Position numbers and translations under genes: made by a program | Shown here: positions 18,142 through 26,258 of the stretch, one piece after another | How the letters are laid out: every line of letters begins with the position of its first letter | Numbering within the stretch: the first letter of the stretch is position 1 | Notes under the pieces: model-generated | The model's database searches: none | Seen by the model: only the letters and a program-made list of their open reading frames with translations | Told to the model about the DNA's origin: nothing | NCBI GenBank assembly: GCA_016928855.1 | Contig: JAFGKA010000213.1 | Location: 1-61,734, forward strand | Direction: 5' to 3' | Source of the DNA: Phycisphaerae bacterium | GTDB taxonomy: Bacteria > Planctomycetota > Phycisphaerae > UBA1845 > PWPN01 | Length of the DNA stretch: 61,734 bases

Positions 18142-19262
18142 CAGGCCGCCCCCTTCGTCTCTGTTACTGCCCTGCCCGCTCCCTCCCCGCGGATCTCGAC
18201 GAAGAAATCAACCGGCACACCAAACGCCACGGCCATCCGGCACACGACCCCCATCGTCGGCGTGACGACACCGGCCAGCCATCGCCGCACGGCCGGCGGC
18301 GTCGTATGGACACGCTGGGCGAGCCCCTCGACCTCTAGTCCATGTTTCACCATCAGGTCAGCCACCGCCTCCCGCCGGAACACCGGCCGCGGCGGCGTTG
18401 TTTTCGGCGTCTCGGCCGCGGCCCGGCCCGTGTCAGCCGATGCCGGGCGTGTTGCGGACGCGGCCCGCACCCCTGCCGACAAAAACGCGAGTTCACCATC
18501 ATCGACTTGCCGCATCAAAATCCGTTCGGCGCGGCGGAGGATGTTGGTCTGCACCCGCTCCACCTGCTTGCGGCCGTACCCAAACCGATCGCCGATCTGC
18601 CTCGCTGGCGTAGCGTAGGCTGGCATCGTACAAAGTCGCCCGTCAAGCAGCGCGCGGCCCACTTCACGATTCAGCGGCTTGCGCATGGTGGCGATGACAT
18701 CCGCCAGCACGGCGCGCACGTGTTCAACCGCACGAAAGTAGACGTCTTCCGGAATTCCATCCGCCCGGCCTGGCCGCGAGAGCGGCCGACCACGCCGCCC
18801 GCGTCGCTGGCGAACGCCGTCGCCGACGGCCTCGGTCAGCGAAAACGACCGGCAGGCATCAGTAATCCGATCCCGCGTGCCGGCCGCAATGCCGCCGGTC
18901 CCCCGCAGAGCATGCGATACCGTGTTCGGCGAGATAACGACCGCGCGTCCATGCTCCATCCGGAACCGCCGAATCGCCCGCCGAACGCGAATCGTCGCGT
19001 AATACCCGAAGGTCATGCCCGGGTAACGGCCCTGTTCCGCCCGCCAGTCAAGAGCCGTCTCGATCAGCGCGACGACCGCCACGATGATGTAATCGTCCCG
19101 GTCATAGTATCGGCCCTCGACCCTCGACAACGCCGCATTATTGGCACTCTTAATCGCCAGCGGAACATGATCCAGAACCAGCCGCCGTTCATCGGCCGTC
19201 AGCCTTCGCTCCCCGCCGCGGCGGTTCGTCCGGACCTCAGTTTTTCGCGTTTTTATTGACAT
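18141..19262 (-). CDS. Sigma-70-like protein (regions 2 and 4) fused to a C-terminal XRE HTH
   Basis: LVLDHVPLA...DRDDYIIVAVVALIE...TFGYYATIRVRRAIRRF; ARQIGDRFGYGRKQVERV; LAQRVHTTPPAVRRWLAGVVTP...AFGVPVDFF. Confidence 0.75.
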   Translation of the reverse strand: MSIKTRKTEVRTNRRGGERRLTADERRLVLDHVPLAIKSANNAALSRVEGRYYDRDDYIIVAVVALIETALDWRAEQGRYPGMTFGYYATIRVRRAIRRFRMEHGRAVVISPNTVSHALRGTGGIAAGTRDRITDACRSFSLTEAVGDGVRQRRGRRGRPLSRPGRADGIPEDVYFRAVEHVRAVLADVIATMRKPLNREVGRALLDGRLCTMPAYATPARQIGDRFGYGRKQVERVQTNILRRAERILMRQVDDGELAFLSAGVRAASATRPASADTGRAAAETPKTTPPRPVFRREAVADLMVKHGLEVEGLAQRVHTTPPAVRRWLAGVVTPTMGVVCRMAVAFGVPVDFFVEIRGEGAGRAVTETKGAA

Positions 19263-19792
19263 TATCCGCGCTTCCGCCGACGCGCGCCGTGTGTCGTTTT
19301 TAAGGCATCATCCGCGCCAGCCACCGGCGAGACCACGCCATCGCGTACCCATCGACACACGTCGGCGATCTCGACCCGGCCGCGATGCAACCCGGCCGGA
19401 CGCCGAAGCCGCCAACGTGGCACGCCATCGCGGTCCCGTTCACACGCCGCCAGGCCAAGGTCAGTCAACAGCCGAAGCCGGATCTCGTCTGCTGGGTCGC
19501 GAGCGTATCTCACGCGTCCCCATACCCGCCGCGGCTCGCTGATTGCCCCGCGTTGAAGCCCACTATCCCCGCGCCGCAATGCTGCTCGCCGCCAACGAAA
19601 CAAGCTGCTGGCCGAGACCCGCAGCCGGGGATACTCCGCCTGAATCGCGCGCAACAACGATCCCATGGCTGCCGTGCGAGACCCCCACGGTACTCGCTGC
19701 ACTTCGTCGAGCGCGGCAACCCACGCGCGCCTCTCCTGCTCGGTCGCCTGTCGGCGGTCAGATGGTGCCGTCCTGTTGCGACGTCGGGTCAT
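19262..19792 (-). CDS. HTH DNA-binding protein resembling a Mu transposase end-binding domain
   Basis: VSASSLFRWRRAALRRGDSGL motif; overlaps both neighbours. Confidence 0.6.
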   Translation of the reverse strand: MTRRRNRTAPSDRRQATEQERRAWVAALDEVQRVPWGSRTAAMGSLLRAIQAEYPRLRVSASSLFRWRRAALRRGDSGLQRGAISEPRRVWGRVRYARDPADEIRLRLLTDLGLAACERDRDGVPRWRLRRPAGLHRGRVEIADVCRWVRDGVVSPVAGADDALKTTHGARRRKRG

Positions 19793-20058
19793 GCGGCTTC
19801 GTCCCCCGCCTGCGGCTCAACTTCTTGCTTGGCTAACACCCCGGCCTCGGCCGTTGTAGACACAATTAGTGCGGAGACTGGGACGCGCAGCGCCCGCGCC
19901 ACGCCCCGCGCGACCCGCACGCCCACCGGCCGCCCGCTGAAGACCAAAGACAATGTCGCAGGCGCGACTCCCGCCTTCGCCGCAACATCCTTCTTCAGTA
20001 GGCCGCGGCGCGTCCGAATGTCGTCAATCAATCTGGCGTTCAGCACAACCTTGGCCAT
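19789..20058 (-). CDS. Cro/Ner-position XRE HTH regulator
   Basis: RTRRGLLKKDVAAKAGVAPATLSLVFSG...VARALRVPVSALI; first gene of the leftward operon. Confidence 0.85.
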   Translation of the reverse strand: MAKVVLNARLIDDIRTRRGLLKKDVAAKAGVAPATLSLVFSGRPVGVRVARGVARALRVPVSALIVSTTAEAGVLAKQEVEPQAGDEAA

Positions 20059-20111
20059 GGCCGCCCACTGCACCCTTTGTTGTCCATACGAATAACAGCT
20101 CGTCTTTTGAG

Positions 20112-20140
20112 AAGATACAACACATCCGGCCTGGAGTCAA
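20112..20140 (-). promoter_or_regulatory. Leftward (early operon) sigma70-type promoter
   Basis: Minus strand TTGACT-17 bp-TATCTT. Confidence 0.7.
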
Positions 20141-20162
20141 CCCCAAAATCGTCTTTTGTCCA

Positions 20163-20191
20163 TTGCTTATTCATCTGGGCTGCCGTATACT
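20163..20191 (+). promoter_or_regulatory. Rightward (repressor) sigma70-type promoter
   Basis: TTGCTT-17 bp-TATACT, ending 6 bp before GTG at 20198. Confidence 0.7.
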
Positions 20192-20197
20192 GCATCC

Positions 20198-21736
20198 GTG
20201 GCCACGGACGAACAGTTATCCGCATACATGGAATCCGTGCGCAGGCAGCGGGGTCTCCCCGCTAGTGCTGTGGCCTGCCGGTCAGGCGTTTCACTTGGCC
20301 ATATCCGCAATATTGAGAGGGGCTTGCGCCATCCGAAGGCCGCGGTGCTGGCGCGAATTCTCGACGCCCTCGACGCCACGGACGTTGAGCGGGCTGAGGC
20401 CCGCCGCCTGGCGGGTATCGACCCGAATCCGTCCACATCAAAGGAAGCGCGGGCGGCAAGACGGGGGAAGTGGCAGCCCCTCACCTTCATTCTGGCAAAC
20501 GACATACTACTTCCGTGCCTGCGGCTCGATTACGCGTTCGGCGCGCGCCTTGATCTCGCGGGCAACGCCTGGGCACTGGTCCATCAAGCCCTGAAGGCCG
20601 CCGACATGGCGACGTTCGTGGACCAGACCGCCGATGTTGTATCGCCGCCGCCGGACTTGACCACACTGCTCGAATCATCGTTCGGACATGCCCCGGCGGA
20701 CCTTGTTGAGGGTCTCGAATCACTCCTGTCTGACGAGCGGTATCTCAACGAGATGAATCGGCACTCAGGTCAACCCCCGCTGGCGTGGAAACATACGATG
20801 TTGCGATCGTTGATCCTGTCGCCAGCGCCTCCCACAGGCAAGGACGCGGTTTTCCTTCGTGATGTCGTCGAAATGCTCACGTTTGACCGCAGCTTCGCCG
20901 TATGCTTCTTCCCGGCCGTCTATTGGACGGCTTGCCGCAACTGGCCGTTTGAAAAGGTTTGGATGCCATTGTCACGGGCCTCGAAATCCCTGCAAAAAGC
21001 TGTGTATGAGCGAATCCAGGCCGGTTTATCGCTCGAAGATTTCGACCGCGCGATGATCGGTCAAGGTGATCTCGGGGACGTGGTCCGCCGGGCCGAGCCC
21101 GCGAGATTCTCTCCCGATGAAATGGCCGACAGTCCAGGAAGACCTTGGTCGTGGGAGGTTGGCCGGGGATCGTGCCGGGTAACATTCAGCGGGCCGCGCC
21201 CACCGAACGATCTTGCTTTCGATCATCTCGACCGCTGCACATTCCTGGAACGGTTCCCGTATTTGAAAGTTGACCGAGAGGCCGCCGCAAAGCTCGCCCG
21301 CTCCGTTATGCTGCCGTCGTGGCAAGCATGGGTAGACCATATTATCCAACACGAACCAGCCGTCCCGGCGGACCACCCCCTGCGCTCCAAGGACCGCTTC
21401 GACGCGGTCGTTGCCGAATACCGCGACACAGAGACCCGCGAGCCGAACTATGGCGAGCTTCCGAGCCTCATTCACCGGCTGGTATCACTGAAGGCTGGCT
21501 GGGCAATGGCGGCCTTGGAGGGGTGGGCCAGCGGCGGCCTTGCAGAACCTGGCCGCCGAACGAGGATCGCCGCGATGCTTGGTTTCCGTGATGCCTGGCA
21601 AGATATCATCAGAAAACTGGAAGAGGAAACACCGCCCGGGGGCGCTGAGAAGCCGACCGCCCCGGACACACAACCGGCCAAGCGTAGGCGGCCCGGCCGC
21701 AATGCCACAAGGCCGGGAAGACGGGAGCAAGCGTGA
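20198..21736 (+). CDS. Repressor-position XRE HTH protein with large unknown C-terminal domain
   Basis: VRRQRGLPASAVACRSGVSLGHIRNIERGLRHPKAAVLARILDAL; divergent from the Cro-like gene. Start inferred. Confidence 0.8.
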   Translation: MATDEQLSAYMESVRRQRGLPASAVACRSGVSLGHIRNIERGLRHPKAAVLARILDALDATDVERAEARRLAGIDPNPSTSKEARAARRGKWQPLTFILANDILLPCLRLDYAFGARLDLAGNAWALVHQALKAADMATFVDQTADVVSPPPDLTTLLESSFGHAPADLVEGLESLLSDERYLNEMNRHSGQPPLAWKHTMLRSLILSPAPPTGKDAVFLRDVVEMLTFDRSFAVCFFPAVYWTACRNWPFEKVWMPLSRASKSLQKAVYERIQAGLSLEDFDRAMIGQGDLGDVVRRAEPARFSPDEMADSPGRPWSWEVGRGSCRVTFSGPRPPNDLAFDHLDRCTFLERFPYLKVDREAAAKLARSVMLPSWQAWVDHIIQHEPAVPADHPLRSKDRFDAVVAEYRDTETREPNYGELPSLIHRLVSLKAGWAMAALEGWASGGLAEPGRRTRIAAMLGFRDAWQDIIRKLEEETPPGGAEKPTAPDTQPAKRRRPGRNATRPGRREQA

Positions 21737-22011
21737 CCATAGAGCCCGCCCCGGACCGCCCGCCCCGGCCACCGGCCGACGCTCGAGCCGCCGACGGAAG
21801 GGCGGTAAGCCGTGAGCCCACGGTGCCCTGCCGACCAGGAGCCACCACAGAGAGGAATACACCACCGCGATCGGCGCCGCCTCCGCGTCTCGGCCACCCG
21901 GCAGACTGGACGCCGAAAAGGCCCCTCCGTCCCGGGTTCTCCACAGACCCGAGCCGCATTGTCAAGAAGTTTGGCACACCAAATGCTAGGGGTAAAAAGC
22001 CCCTTGAATGG

Positions 22012-22228
22012 CCGTCCAAGATGCGCTGCGCGTTTTCGGCCCTATCGCCGCAACTCCAGCCCCCGCCAACAATTACGCTTGTCCACGATAGGCCCGATTT
22101 CTGCGCACACCCCCGATTTTGACGATTTATCCACGATAGGCGCCGCGGCCCATAACCCCAGCCCCAGCAAGCATTTAACCCCGTTTTTCTGCCCTTTTTA
22201 TTCGTCCACGGTTTTCCTGCGCTCGATG
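22012..22228 (-). repeat. Inner element repressor-proximal end with spaced putative transposase-binding sites
   Basis: Minus-strand ACCGTGGACGA (22202-22212), ATCGTGGATAA (22127-22137), ATCGTGGACAA (22079-22089), GCGCAGCGCATCTTGGACGG (22012-22031); terminus CATCGAGCGCAGGAAAACCGTGGAC. Confidence 0.85.
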
Positions 22229-22233
22229 GTACA
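22229..22233 (+). repeat. 5-bp target site duplication GTACA (right copy)
   Basis: Directly follows GATG at 22228. Confidence 0.85.
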
Positions 22234-22273
22234 GCGGCGGCGCAGAACATCGCCGCAGGCGGTCGATTGACCG
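22234..22273 (+). repeat. Continuation of the interrupted outer element end
   Basis: 36/40 identical to 8249-8288. Confidence 0.9.
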
Positions 22274-22297
22274 AAATTGTATCTGCAAGATGCATCG

Positions 22298-23248
22298 TCA
22301 TCCGAACGGCATCTTGACATGCTTGCGGAGGAACGCGACATTCTGCGCCGTCGCTTCGACAACCTGTGCGCGGTTCTTGTGATCAGATTCGAAAACGTAC
22401 CACCCGTCGTAGCCGATCTCGTTCAGCACCTCCAAGGCAGCCCGCCACTCGACCAGCCCCGATTCACTAAGAAGCCGGTCTCCGTTCTTGACGTGCACTT
22501 GGCAGATTCGATCCTTGCCCAACAGCCTGATACCGGGTATGGCCTCGGCTGGATGACCGTACTGCGCCATGTTGTAAGGATCGTAATAGACCTTGACGCT
22601 AGGGTGAGCAACCTCATCGAGGAGCTTCTTGTTGTCAGCGGGGCTCAGCGAGTTCTCGAGGCCAAGCGTTACTCCCGCATCGGCGGCCTTTGAAGCCACA
22701 CGCTGGAAAACTTGGACCACCGGCCCGTAGGACGATTCGTCGGCCATGTCGGGGGCGTCGTTCCGGAAGAAGGCGACCAAGACCACGCCGGATCCCAGGC
22801 TCTCGGCAACCCGGATCGCCTTCGTCAGATTGCTCTCGGCTGTTGGGGATTGCATGATCGACACGCCACTGTCCCACACACCGGCCAGCGAAGGAATCAT
22901 CATGCCCCATCGATTGGCTTCTCGCTTGTAGCGACGCACCGCATCCGGGTCCCACAGATTGGGCTTCCCGCTTGCGACCTGGAGTTCTATGCCCAGCAAG
23001 CCAGGGATCTGTCGGGCCAGCTTGAAGACGTTGAAATCGCCAACCATCCTCATGCTGGCGGCGCGGTGCCCGATTTTCAAAGGAATCCGAGTATTCTGTT
23101 CCGCTGGTGCGGCCTCCGCCGGGCGAGCCGACGGCGTCATGAAACTGGCTCCAACGGCCGCCGCTCCCCAGGATGCGAGCTTGGCAAACTGCCGTCGAGA
23201 CATGCCAACTCGGGAAGACGGTCGCGACCTCTCGGTCTTGGTTCTCAT
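22298..23248 (-). CDS. Tat-exported sugar phosphate isomerase/epimerase family protein
   Basis: SRRQFAK; LGLEN, YYDPYN, VHVKN, YDGWYVFE. Confidence 0.8.
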   Translation of the reverse strand: MRTKTERSRPSSRVGMSRRQFAKLASWGAAAVGASFMTPSARPAEAAPAEQNTRIPLKIGHRAASMRMVGDFNVFKLARQIPGLLGIELQVASGKPNLWDPDAVRRYKREANRWGMMIPSLAGVWDSGVSIMQSPTAESNLTKAIRVAESLGSGVVLVAFFRNDAPDMADESSYGPVVQVFQRVASKAADAGVTLGLENSLSPADNKKLLDEVAHPSVKVYYDPYNMAQYGHPAEAIPGIRLLGKDRICQVHVKNGDRLLSESGLVEWRAALEVLNEIGYDGWYVFESDHKNRAQVVEATAQNVAFLRKHVKMPFG

Positions 23249-23310
23249 CGCCGTTACCTCACGTTGGCTGGTTCGAGACTGCTCCAGCCTGTCGATTCCG
23301 AGGTCCTGTT

Positions 23311-24525
23311 TCACGTAACCTCCGAAGCCTTGATATGGCGTCGCTCCGCCAGGGACATCTGGGCCGCCTGCGCAATCAGGACAGCCGGTAGGTGATCTCG
23401 GGCCGATGGGAAGGCCGGTTTCTTACCCTGCACGGCATCGAGAAAGTGCAGGTACTGTAGGGTTGACGGGTCGGTTTTCGATGTGGGCAATTTGATCGCT
23501 TCCATCTTATCCGGTCCTGTGCCCTTGCCGTAGGGACGCCAATACGCGCACTTGCGGACGATGGCCTCACCCGCCCCCCGCGAGCCAAGCTGCAGCGTGG
23601 CGTTCTCACCGAAGAGGATATCCGGCCCCGGTCCGCCGCAGGAGTAGAGGTTGCCCCCATACGTCATCAAGGCGCCGTTGGCATACCGGACCACGATGCC
23701 GGCGTGGTCCCATGAGTCCCGGTTCTGCAGCTTCCTGTTGTGAACGCCGCCAAGGCACGTGATCTCGACGGGCTCATCACCGATGAACCAGTTGAACACA
23801 TCAATCGTGTGGATTCCCATCTCGTAGACGACGGACCCGCCTTCATCCTGTCTCATCCGCCAGTTCTTCTGAGAGTCCTCCTCCGGATCAGGATAGAGCT
23901 TGACCCAATCTGCACGGAATGTCTGAGCTACGCCGTACAGGACGGGCCCGATCAGGCCCTCGCGCAGCTTCTGGGCCAGCGCGGCATAGCCCGGAGAATG
24001 GCGGCTCTGTGTGCCCACCTGTACAATCCGCTGTGTCCGGCCGGACGCGTCAATGATCGCCTTCGTATCGGCTACCTTCAGGGTCAGCGGCTTCTCACAA
24101 AGAACATGCTTTCCGGCTTCGAGTGAAGCGATCGTGCCCTCTCGATGGAGCGTGTTCGGCAGAACCACGACCACGGCGTGAACGTCCGCCTCCTTGAGCA
24201 TCTTCGTGGAGTCCGTATACAACCGAGGTTCACCGGACTTGACCATCTTCTTTTTCTCTTCCAGCTTTTCAGGCAGGATGTCACACAGTGCCGCCACCTC
24301 CATGTGCTCGGCCAGGTGATTGACCGCCTGGATGTGAGCCTGGCTGCGGTTTCCGCACCCGAGGATGCCAATCCGAAGCTTCTCTCCCGGCTTCAGCGAG
24401 GCTGCACTGATGAACGTCTGGGGGGCATCCGCGCCCTTGCAGATCCTGCTTGCGAGCCCAAGGCCCGCCGAGGCGAGTACACTCCTGACCAGAAACGAAC
24501 GACGTGTCTGTTCTTCATACGACAT
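23311..24525 (-). CDS. Tat-exported Gfo/Idh/MocA oxidoreductase
   Basis: TRRSFL; GILGCG; GKHVLCEKP; HTID. Confidence 0.9.
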   Translation of the reverse strand: MSYEEQTRRSFLVRSVLASAGLGLASRICKGADAPQTFISAASLKPGEKLRIGILGCGNRSQAHIQAVNHLAEHMEVAALCDILPEKLEEKKKMVKSGEPRLYTDSTKMLKEADVHAVVVVLPNTLHREGTIASLEAGKHVLCEKPLTLKVADTKAIIDASGRTQRIVQVGTQSRHSPGYAALAQKLREGLIGPVLYGVAQTFRADWVKLYPDPEEDSQKNWRMRQDEGGSVVYEMGIHTIDVFNWFIGDEPVEITCLGGVHNRKLQNRDSWDHAGIVVRYANGALMTYGGNLYSCGGPGPDILFGENATLQLGSRGAGEAIVRKCAYWRPYGKGTGPDKMEAIKLPTSKTDPSTLQYLHFLDAVQGKKPAFPSARDHLPAVLIAQAAQMSLAERRHIKASEVT

Positions 24526-24589
24526 TGTGCTACCTCCTGGTTTGCTATTGCGGTCACAAGCGATAATGAGGCGAGACCGGCCTTGAACG

Positions 24590-25492
24590 CTACTGCACTT
24601 TCTGTCCCAGTCCTTTTGCGATCTCTCTCACGACACTCGCGCTCCTGCGCACATCGGCGGCCTTGTCCTTCACCTCGTTGTCATACTCAAACGAGATCTG
24701 GCCGGCGAACTTCTGACGGTGAAGTTCAGTCAGCATGCCCTTCACATTGACCACGCCCGTGCCCAAGATCACATCATGCCCCTGAGGGCTGTTCTCGCTC
24801 ACGTCCTTGAGGTGCAGGTATAGCAGACGGCCCTCATACGTTCTGAGGCACTCCACCGGATCCAGACCGGACCGGACCCAGTGGCCGGTGTCGGCGCAGC
24901 AACCGATGCGTTTGCTGTGCTTCTCGATCATCCGCATGATGGCGGCGGGATCCCAGTAGGTGTAGGCCGGCTGGTTCGGCCGCTTGGGGTGATTGTGCAT
25001 CGCCACGCTGATGCCGAATTCATTGGCCAGCTTGTCCAATGTGGCCAGCTTCTGAGGTTCTGGCTCACCCACAAAGACCTGGATGCCCATGACCTTGCCG
25101 AACTCGAACAGCTTCCGCATCGTGGCCTCGTTCTTGCCGAAGTTGCCGGCATAATAGCTGACGAGGGTGAGGCCCGCGTCCGCAAGCTTCTTCCTGGTCT
25201 TGGCCAGCACCTCGGGCGGTGCGGTCGGGCCCAATTCAGCATCACCTGTCTCGGCACTGATCGTGTAGGGGCGCCCCTCGACCGCCTTCAGGCCCAGCGC
25301 CCCAGCCTTGTCGATGGCCTCGAAGAACGTGACCTTCGACAGCGTCCTGTACGCTGGAACGGCCAAGGTCCACACGACCGGTTGACTCTCCGCCGACGTC
25401 GGCTCCGCCTTCTTCTCGGCGGCGTCAGCAACCGACATCAACGTCATGAACGCCACTGAGACGGCAACGATGATTGTCTTAACCGTGAACAT
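24590..25492 (-). CDS. Secreted sugar phosphate isomerase/epimerase family protein
   Basis: Sec signal; MHNH, CADTGHW, LHLKD, ISFEY. Confidence 0.82.
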   Translation of the reverse strand: MFTVKTIIVAVSVAFMTLMSVADAAEKKAEPTSAESQPVVWTLAVPAYRTLSKVTFFEAIDKAGALGLKAVEGRPYTISAETGDAELGPTAPPEVLAKTRKKLADAGLTLVSYYAGNFGKNEATMRKLFEFGKVMGIQVFVGEPEPQKLATLDKLANEFGISVAMHNHPKRPNQPAYTYWDPAAIMRMIEKHSKRIGCCADTGHWVRSGLDPVECLRTYEGRLLYLHLKDVSENSPQGHDVILGTGVVNVKGMLTELHRQKFAGQISFEYDNEVKDKAADVRRSASVVREIAKGLGQKVQ

Positions 25493-25526
25493 GCACTACC
25501 TCCAGCCATCCAAACGCTCATAGGAG

Positions 25527-26258
25527 TCAGGCCTTGATCAGATACTTGAGCCCGATGACGAACAGGAACACGAATACGATCATCCGCAGCCGTTCGCGCT
25601 TGACGCGGTGAAGGACATGTGTACCGCCCAGAATGGCCAGCACCAGGGGAACGATTGCGAGCAGGCCGGTCCACAAGAAATCGGTTCGGAGCAGTCCGTG
25701 ATTCTGAACCAGGATCAGTCGGATGATCGAGGGAATCAGGAAGACCAACTGTAGCAGAGCCACGATATGCTCTTTGGTCCAGTCTTGCGAGTATGCATAG
25801 ATCACCGCCGGCGGGCCGCCGGCGTGGAACGCGCCGCTCAACATACCGCTGATGCTCCCCATGACGACGCCGTACTTCTTGGGAATATTGAACGGGCGGA
25901 TGCGGGACATCACAACTTCCCGGAGCGAGTACAGACAGATGAATATGCCCAGCCCGCGCATCAGCCACTCGGACGGCACATGGACCATCACGTAGAAGCC
26001 AACCGGTAGCGCCACGCACGAGCTGATCAGCAGGTCGAGGCCTTGGCGCCATCGATAGTGCTTGATGTTGCCCATCAGGGTCATGCTGCAGGTCACCAGA
26101 ACCATGATCGAGACGATCGTATACGCGCCTTCGAAGCCGAGAAGCAGCGGCAACAGCGACATCGAGACGAGGCCAAAGCCGAATCCAGTCACGCTCTGAA
26201 CAAATCCGGACAGGGCAATCGCCCCTATCGTAAGAACCATCATCAAGTCGCTGTTCAT
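25527..26258 (-). CDS. TauE/SafE family exporter
   Basis: SGFVQSVTGFGFGLV, SGMLSGAFHAGGPP; multiple TM segments. Confidence 0.88.
   Translation of the reverse strand: MNSDLMMVLTIGAIALSGFVQSVTGFGFGLVSMSLLPLLLGFEGAYTIVSIMVLVTCSMTLMGNIKHYRWRQGLDLLISSCVALPVGFYVMVHVPSEWLMRGLGIFICLYSLREVVMSRIRPFNIPKKYGVVMGSISGMLSGAFHAGGPPAVIYAYSQDWTKEHIVALLQLVFLIPSIIRLILVQNHGLLRTDFLWTGLLAIVPLVLAILGGTHVLHRVKRERLRMIVFVFLFVIGLKYLIKA

Larger units (their letters stand above)
8202..22228 (-). mobile_element. Mu-type transposable element encoding HK97-family capsid, tape-measure-like protein and prohead protease (candidate transposable phage satellite), 14,027 bp
   Basis: Terminal inverted repeats 20/25 identical, 5-bp TSD, repeated ATCGTGGACAA-type sites inverted at the two ends, DDE transposase plus AAA ATPase, divergent repressor pair. 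Confidence 0.9.

Noticed and set aside
8202-22228. Simple decayed Mu-like prophage
   Set aside because: Ends, TSD and ORFs are intact, no pseudogene debris is seen, head genes are HK97-type rather than Mu gpI/gpT-like, and the gene order is not derivable by a single deletion. Needs comparative confirmation.
8196-22233. Canonical TGTAC...GTACA termini
   Set aside because: Requires a 1-bp gap between ends, gives no TSD (GATCG vs GCGGC), and TGTAC is absent beside the two outer ends. It arises because GTAC is palindromic. Disfavoured, not formally excluded.
8246-22273. 43-bp direct repeat (8246-8288 / 22231-22273, 39/43) read as attL/attR
   Set aside because: No tyrosine or serine integrase is present, it is not a tRNA end, and the nested-end model also explains the inverted repeats and the 5-bp duplication.
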